This document shows positions 56,859 through 64,000 of a stretch of DNA of 64,000 nt, piece by piece (position 1 is the first letter of the stretch; the number at the start of each line of letters is the position of its first letter). The stretch is taken from contig CAYQWZ010000002.1 in assembly GCA_964421635.1 (NCBI GenBank), positions 65,749-129,748 of the forward strand, read 5' to 3'. The DNA comes from an uncultured Candidatus Saccharibacteria bacterium (GTDB taxonomy: Bacteria > Patescibacteriota > UBA1384 > CAILIB01 > JAUSJZ01). Position numbers and translations under genes: made by a program. The notes beneath the pieces are model-generated. The model was not told the DNA's origin and did no database searches. It was given only the letters and a program-made list of their open reading frames with translations.

Positions 56859-59656
56859 ATTTTAGCAGAAGAGTAGTTACCTTTGGTCTTTCTTTGGTTT
56901 TGTTGTTGGGTATGGTTTTTTCTTTTGCTCCAGCTTTTGCTCAAGATGAAGTGTTACCAGAAGTGGCTACACCTGAAGCTGTTACTGATGAATCTGGTAA
57001 AGATTTATTAGGTACAGTTTTGGGCGGTAATTCTTTTAGTCAAAACAATATTTTACATGAAGACAACAAAGGTGAGTATGGCTGGGTAGAGACAATGTGG
57101 GTGTATACGCGGCGGCTAACGAACTTTGCAATTATTATCTTTTTCTTTATTGCGGCTGCATCTAATGTACTCAATATTAAGGTGGCAGAGTATGGTGTTA
57201 AAAAGACACTGCCCAGTGTAATTGTAGCGGGTTTGCTGGCCAACTTTAGCTACGCAATTTCTCAAGCAGCCTTAAATGTGAATGAGGCTCTTACTAATGT
57301 TTTTACAGGCACCGGTTCAGGGCCGACACAACAGCTTGAAATCTTCAAAGGCTATGTCAAAGTCCCACTTGAAGCTTTAAAGCAAAATCTAAATGGTGAT
57401 GTTGGCCCTTCTGTTACTGGCTTTTTAGGGTTAATAGTCGTTGGCATAATTGCAGTGGCCATGTTATTCATGTTTGCCCTGTTTTTTGTACGCAATGTTG
57501 TATTGGCAATGCTTGTTGTTTTGGCACCGCTAGCATTTATTTGTATGGCATTTCCAGCTACGCAAAGTGTTTTTTCTAAATGGTTATCTGAAGCTAGCAA
57601 ATGGGTCTTCTTGCCGGCTATTGCAGCTTTTTGGCTATTTTTAGGTGCGACTGCTTTAACTTTAGGTATAGCCTCGGGCGGAGTTTGGATTGCTATGATG
57701 TTCGCCGGTATTGTGGTATTCATGGCTATTAGAACGCCGTTTATGTTGGGTGCGTTTGTAGGTACTGCCGCTGGCTGGATAGCTGCCAGAGCATCGCAAG
57801 GTGGACGATTGGCTGGGTCTGGTGTGAACGCTTCAACAAAAGGTTTACAAGCTCGTGCCAAACTTGGTTACGAGAAATCTTTTGTTGGTAGAGGATTAAG
57901 AGCTCGAAGACAAGGTGTAGAAAGACTTGAAAAAAGGCTTAATGCTAGAAGGTCTGGCAAGGCATGGAACTCTCTTGGTCAGGACGCCCCGGGTTGGAAA
58001 AGGCTTTTGGGTGGTTTGGAGAATGTTTTTGCCAGAAATGTTGCTGCTGATGAAGCTTCTGTAGAAATATTTGAAGGTGATATAAGAACAAACGACGAAG
58101 AAGCAAAGAGGCAGGCATATGCAGCCAACCCCGAGTTAGCTCAAAGGGTTGCTCAACAAAAGATGCAAGGTGAAGATATTGAAGCAGAGCTAAATAGAAT
58201 GAGAGGAAAAGCAGAATTAGAAGAAAGAAAAGCGAATGCTGCTCTTAGTTTAAGAATTGCCAAAAATCAAGAGGCAGCTAGTTCTTTTGAAGAATCAATT
58301 AGCGGAATCACACAGCTGTACAAGTCTCAAGCATTAGCGACTGACAGTGAATTGCGTAAGCTTAAGAAGTTAGCTGAAATGAGAAAGCAGTTAGGTGACA
58401 CTTCATATAGGCGAGAGATGGGTAAAATTAAGCAAGAAATTAGAGAGGGTGACGGAGAACTTTCTGCAGAAATGAAACAAGAGATAGATATGGCGATGGG
58501 GCAGGATCATTATGATAATGAAGCTAAGCATGATATTCCACCTGCAAGAATTATGGCTAGAACTTTAGCTAGACTATCGGGAGAAACTCAAGATGTTGAG
58601 AGCATGATTGAAGAAATGCAAAAAACTGATTTAGCAAGAGCAGAAGAGAGAAAAGCAGGTGTTGTCGATGCTATGGGCAAAATTGGTGGAATAGTAATAG
58701 AAAGAAGTGATGGCACTAAATATGTACTTGGCAAACATAATGTTGATAATAATGATCAGTTCACTCAAGATTTAGTTGATCATGATTTTGTAACTCAAGA
58801 TGCAGACGGCGCCTATGCTTTTGCAGATACAGATCGAGGAAAAAGAATGCAAATAATAGCAAAAGGGCTTGGAGTTGACCATCTTGGTATAGATGGGCAA
58901 ATTTCGGCAATAAGAGAGTACACTAGTGGTAATAGAGAAGAGTTTCGAAGGTTACAAAGAAGAACAGCTTTAGCTTCAATGGGTAAAGCTAGAGCATCTG
59001 GTGTTGCATTAATGGAAAGAGATTTATCTGAAGAACAAGCTATTGGTCTAATGCAAGGACGAGATAAAGAACTTGCACGAGCAATGGTATCAAGATCAAG
59101 GCCTGGAGCGTCTCATCCAGATAAAGTTGCTCTTCGTTTAACTGACACAGAAGAGGCTCTTGATCATGATATTGAAGACAGAAGTGTATTAAGTGGATTT
59201 GAGGGTATTACAAATAAATTTATTGAAGATAATCGGTATAGCGGCAATCAATTTCAAAATGGTTTTAATCAATATATGGAGGCAGTTCAAGGTGGGCTGT
59301 ATCAGATTGATCAATCTGAAGTAGGAAGAGGGATTCATACAAGTGTAGGGCATGTTCGGGGGACCTTTGAAGCACTCCCAGTTGAAATGCCAGGTGTTGT
59401 AATTCAAGGAGATAGGACTGTTAGAAATGTAATTAAGCTTTTAGAAAACAATCATAGATTTGTTGATGAAAATGGTAAAGAGGTTACGCCAATTACAGTG
59501 ACAAATGCTGTCAGGCAGGCAATAAGAAAAAGATTATCAGAACAGTATGGAATTCAAAGAGGTATGGACACAGCTAGCGGTACCATTGATAATAAGCCAC
59601 CACCTAAGCCAGTTGAGGATGAGTATGCAACGGATGATGAACATATTGAATTATGA
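56855..59656 (+). CDS. CPR-type VirB6/TrbL-like polytopic membrane protein with long cytoplasmic coiled-coil tail
   Basis: W..TR..TN..II, Y.VKK.LP..I.A.LLANFS..I, R.V.L..L.VLAPLAF....P.T......W motifs. Confidence 0.65.
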   Translation: MNFSRRVVTFGLSLVLLLGMVFSFAPAFAQDEVLPEVATPEAVTDESGKDLLGTVLGGNSFSQNNILHEDNKGEYGWVETMWVYTRRLTNFAIIIFFFIAAASNVLNIKVAEYGVKKTLPSVIVAGLLANFSYAISQAALNVNEALTNVFTGTGSGPTQQLEIFKGYVKVPLEALKQNLNGDVGPSVTGFLGLIVVGIIAVAMLFMFALFFVRNVVLAMLVVLAPLAFICMAFPATQSVFSKWLSEASKWVFLPAIAAFWLFLGATALTLGIASGGVWIAMMFAGIVVFMAIRTPFMLGAFVGTAAGWIAARASQGGRLAGSGVNASTKGLQARAKLGYEKSFVGRGLRARRQGVERLEKRLNARRSGKAWNSLGQDAPGWKRLLGGLENVFARNVAADEASVEIFEGDIRTNDEEAKRQAYAANPELAQRVAQQKMQGEDIEAELNRMRGKAELEERKANAALSLRIAKNQEAASSFEESISGITQLYKSQALATDSELRKLKKLAEMRKQLGDTSYRREMGKIKQEIREGDGELSAEMKQEIDMAMGQDHYDNEAKHDIPPARIMARTLARLSGETQDVESMIEEMQKTDLARAEERKAGVVDAMGKIGGIVIERSDGTKYVLGKHNVDNNDQFTQDLVDHDFVTQDADGAYAFADTDRGKRMQIIAKGLGVDHLGIDGQISAIREYTSGNREEFRRLQRRTALASMGKARASGVALMERDLSEEQAIGLMQGRDKELARAMVSRSRPGASHPDKVALRLTDTEEALDHDIEDRSVLSGFEGITNKFIEDNRYSGNQFQNGFNQYMEAVQGGLYQIDQSEVGRGIHTSVGHVRGTFEALPVEMPGVVIQGDRTVRNVIKLLENNHRFVDENGKEVTPITVTNAVRQAIRKRLSEQYGIQRGMDTASGTIDNKPPPKPVEDEYATDDEHIEL

Positions 59657-60846
59657 TAACAGATAAAACCAGAACAAAAACTGTTGAAGAGATTGACCAG
59701 ATGGCTGGGGAAGTCTTATCTATCTCAGATGAGAAGTTTTTGACGCTACTAAAGAGTGATTATCAAAGAGCAGCTAAATTTGTGCCAGAGTTAGAATCTT
59801 ATTTAGCTAATGAAATCAACTTTATTTTATCTGAAAATAAAGAAAATCTAGATTTTGTATCTCCTTATGAGAAGTACGAACTGATTAAGAAGTTATCAGT
59901 AAGTAAAGCTGAGAAGAATAAAGAGCTATCTGGTAAATCTAAGATAATTATTAAAGGTCTTGAGCGGTCAGCTATGATAGCTACAAAAAGTGCCGCAGAT
60001 AGAGCCATAGAGAGCTTTTCAATTATTAAAAGTAGATATGATCTGAAGAATAAAGACATTATTGCTGCAAAAAGTAAAAAATCGCTATTTGTGTATGACA
60101 CTATGAGAGAGCTTTTAGCGACACTTGCTTACATTGAAGCAGTTACAGTAGGATTCACGAAGATGTCTAGAATAAAAAAAGATGCGCTGGTTAGTGTTGA
60201 AGTGATTGAGGGTATAGTTAATACAACCATTGAACTTTTCAAAGAAGAGGGAATATTTATTCCGGTTGTTATGAAGACCTTAGATGAACAGAAAAATCCT
60301 TATATATTAATTCAGTATGCCCAAGATTTGGTCATAATTTTTGATGTTATTCAAGAGAGAAGGGAGAAGACAACAGAACTAGATATCAGAAGAAAAGTGG
60401 CTGATGAAGCTAGGCACGAAGACCTTGTTGATAGAACAAATAAATGGATAATGATTTTAGCTGAAATTGAGGCGGCAAAAGAAGAGCTAGCAACCCCCTT
60501 AGCGAAAAAAATCAGCTCTTATTTAGAGAAAGGATTACTCGGAAGTGGTAAGCTGTATGACACGCTCAAGCAAAGATATGATCAGACCACAAAATTACAG
60601 AAAGCAAGAATTAGATTTATTATTTATAGACTTATTACCACTAATAGTACCTCGAGCAAAAATAGCAATATTAATATTTCGGCTATATTTGTAAGAATTT
60701 ACGCTGCATACAGACAAAATCCAGATGTTGAAGTGCCAGCTATATTGTCAAATCTTCAAAAAGAACAAGTTATTGTATCGGCAGAAAATAGCCAAATTAG
60801 TTCAATTGTTAAAGAGTTATTACTGATTGTAAAACTTCTGTTCTAG
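59653..60846 (+). CDS. Hypothetical helical cytoplasmic protein
   Basis: 397-aa ORF with ATGA overlap to the VirB6-like gene. Confidence 0.75.
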   Translation: MITDKTRTKTVEEIDQMAGEVLSISDEKFLTLLKSDYQRAAKFVPELESYLANEINFILSENKENLDFVSPYEKYELIKKLSVSKAEKNKELSGKSKIIIKGLERSAMIATKSAADRAIESFSIIKSRYDLKNKDIIAAKSKKSLFVYDTMRELLATLAYIEAVTVGFTKMSRIKKDALVSVEVIEGIVNTTIELFKEEGIFIPVVMKTLDEQKNPYILIQYAQDLVIIFDVIQERREKTTELDIRRKVADEARHEDLVDRTNKWIMILAEIEAAKEELATPLAKKISSYLEKGLLGSGKLYDTLKQRYDQTTKLQKARIRFIIYRLITTNSTSSKNSNINISAIFVRIYAAYRQNPDVEVPAILSNLQKEQVIVSAENSQISSIVKELLLIVKLLF

Positions 60847-60848
60847 AC

Positions 60849-60877
60849 TTGACTTTTACCCGAAAAAGTGCTATAAT
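60849..60877 (+). promoter_or_regulatory. sigma70 promoter of the GC-rich cassette
   Basis: TTGACT, 17 bp, TG-C-TATAAT. Confidence 0.8.
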
Positions 60878-60940
60878 TTCGGCTACAAAGGGCTGAAAGG
60901 CTCTTTCTGTTTGGGGGTGTGATTACCGGGAGGTAATGAG

Positions 60941-62083
60941 ATGGACAAGTGGAAGAAGCTTAAAACCGGATCCCTGATCGTTCTGGCTCTGGTTGCCGTT
61001 GCGCTGCTCACCATGGTGATTTCTCAGCACAGAGACATTTTGAGAGCCATCTCGATGGGTCTGCGTGTGGCGATCGCTGTCAGCATGATGATCGGCCGGT
61101 GCCATTTCGGCAACTGGGCTGACAGTGTCGAGAAGCCCAAGAAATGGGAAGGCGATCACAAGTGGATTCAGGCGACTCTGAAGATCGCCTTTGACGGTCT
61201 GATGATCGCTCTGATTACCGCCACCATTCTTTCTCCGGCCATTAACTTGGTCGGCTACGGAATGGGCGGTCTGCTCTGTCGCCTGCTTGTTGGCCGACCC
61301 GACCCACTCTACTACCACAACGCCGCTGCTTCGTGGGCGCCGGCTTTCTGGATCTGGGCACTCCTACTCGGCGCGTGGCATTGTGCCTTCCGTGCCTCGC
61401 AAGAGAAGGAGACCTACGACAAGATCCGCTGGGATCGGCATGCGACGAAGTTCGTAGCTGGTCTGATGGTTGTCTTCGTCGGCGTGCTGGTGTCCTTCAT
61501 CAGCGCGACATGGACCTATCGGGTCGAAGGATCCGTTGAAGTCTGTGAACTGGTCGAGAAACAGATCGCTGTAGGAGAGTCGATTCGGTTCACGGCGGTT
61601 CCGCGAGACCGTGCTTACCTGGAAGCGGCTGAGAAGCCTCTGGGAGCACTGAACAAGGTCGACATCAACCTGATGGTCAGGGAGCAGAACGAGGCTGAGT
61701 TGGAAGGCACAACCCAACCTTCTGAGATCCTTGCAGGATACACCATTGAGGTGCTTCTGAAGGGAACGAAGAAGACCCAGAAGGGTGCACCGGACATCGA
61801 AATACCTGCTGTGGAACAGTACAGCCAACTGCGGCAGGAGCTGCAGGAGTTGTCCCGAATGCAAGAACTAGCACTGAATGAAAGGCCTACGGCCTACGGC
61901 TGGTTCGACGACATTACGGGCAAGCCGATTCCGTATCGTTACTACTGGACTACAGAAGGAGCGGTACGGGTCGTGACGGCTGTTCCGCAGAAAGCCACCT
62001 CCAGCGGTCGGCTACTCCGCGACTTCTCGCTGCAAAGCGAGGAGGAGCAGAACAAGGTCATGAACGCCCGATACGGGCTCTGA
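60941..62083 (+). CDS. Hypothetical membrane protein, GC-rich and compositionally foreign
   Basis: 380 aa, about 5 N-terminal TM segments plus a soluble C-terminal domain; SD GGAGGT 6 nt before ATG. Confidence 0.8.
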   Translation: MDKWKKLKTGSLIVLALVAVALLTMVISQHRDILRAISMGLRVAIAVSMMIGRCHFGNWADSVEKPKKWEGDHKWIQATLKIAFDGLMIALITATILSPAINLVGYGMGGLLCRLLVGRPDPLYYHNAAASWAPAFWIWALLLGAWHCAFRASQEKETYDKIRWDRHATKFVAGLMVVFVGVLVSFISATWTYRVEGSVEVCELVEKQIAVGESIRFTAVPRDRAYLEAAEKPLGALNKVDINLMVREQNEAELEGTTQPSEILAGYTIEVLLKGTKKTQKGAPDIEIPAVEQYSQLRQELQELSRMQELALNERPTAYGWFDDITGKPIPYRYYWTTEGAVRVVTAVPQKATSSGRLLRDFSLQSEEEQNKVMNARYGL

Positions 62084-62104
62084 CTAAAACCTCCCGGTGA
62101 ATAA

Positions 62105-63265
<1,161 letters not shown>

Positions 63266-63406
63266 ACCCTAATTATAGGGGTATGAAATAGTATTAAAGC
63301 GTAATACTTTATTATTTGGCTCTGGGCTACTAAAGCCACTATTGAGCACCTGTAAGGGGGCTAGACCTTGAAATATAGGCAATTTTTCGCTATAATGTTC
63401 TAATTT

Positions 63407-64000
63407 ATGAAAGATATCAAGTTAACCAAAATTCAAAAATCCATCTATGTAGCCAGCATTTCTGTGATCCTCGGACTTGGCACATTGCTGCTTACTATGA
63501 GTCTGGTCTACGCAGAAACAATCCTACCAAATACTTCTGTAAATGGTATTGAAGTAGGAGGATTCAAACAGTCAGTTGCCACCTCTATGGTAGACCGATC
63601 TTTAGTAAAAAAGCAGGTATTACGAATTAAGATAGATGATGAGGTTATTGAAGAAGAGGCTATTAATCTGGGAATTACCTTTGACACCGAACAGGCTGTA
63701 ACTGAAGCTTATTTAAGGGGTAAAAGCGGTTCTTGGTTTGGTCAGGTAAAAGACCTAATTGGCTCAACTGTAATCAATAAAGATATCACCGTTAAGGCCG
63801 ATATTAATACAGAGTCTCTAAACAATTTTATTAACGAAAATGTTGGTTCTAAAATTTCTGAACCGATTGACGCTTATTTAGATTACGCTAATGGTCAATT
63901 TGTAATTGTGCCTGCAGTAGATGGTAAAGCGATTGATTTAGAGAAGTTAAAAGAAGATATTTCACAGTATGCCCAAAGCAATAAAAAGGATGTAATTGAG
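63407..64000 (+). CDS. Peptidoglycan-binding (YoaR-like) domain protein, VanW or L,D-transpeptidase type (3' partial)
   Basis: Open from ATG 63407 (MKDIKLTK...ILPNTSVNGIEVGG...LGITFD.EQAV.EAY..G), resembles the N-terminus of the VanW gene; promoter TTGAAA-17-TATAAT at 63368-96. Confidence 0.75.
   Translation, partial: MKDIKLTKIQKSIYVASISVILGLGTLLLTMSLVYAETILPNTSVNGIEVGGFKQSVATSMVDRSLVKKQVLRIKIDDEVIEEEAINLGITFDTEQAVTEAYLRGKSGSWFGQVKDLIGSTVINKDITVKADINTESLNNFINENVGSKISEPIDAYLDYANGQFVIVPAVDGKAIDLEKLKEDISQYAQSNKKDVIE

Overview
AT-rich bacterial chromosomal window with the hallmarks of a Patescibacteria (CPR) genome: shortened ValRS, PolA and DnaJ, split ComEC, a CPR-type VirB6-like protein and many apparently leaderless genes. 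In order: a surface-glycan locus (1-15.7 kb); comEC/yebC/ruvC divergent from grpE-dnaK-dnaJ; tRNA-Lys, a histidine kinase, lepA, murJ, ftsH; a three-tRNA cluster; an accessory block (30.4-36.6 kb); typA; a galT-glgA-GH57-manC-manB operon; rpsT, lepB, polA, murE, a FemABX gene, tsaD, valS; a VirB6-like membrane cluster; a GC-rich single-gene cassette; gmd. The standout is an unannotated ~525-nt, GC-rich, highly structured non-coding transcription unit (~35711-36237). It has its own near-consensus sigma70 promoter and intrinsic terminator, GNRA-capped hairpins and long-range helices. I could not find RNase P, tmRNA, SRP, 6S or intron hallmarks in it. It lies beside a 1043-aa acidic repeat fibre/adhesin gene and two convergent paralogous membrane-anchored proteins. 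All calls are by-eye motif recognition; no database searches or folding programs were run.
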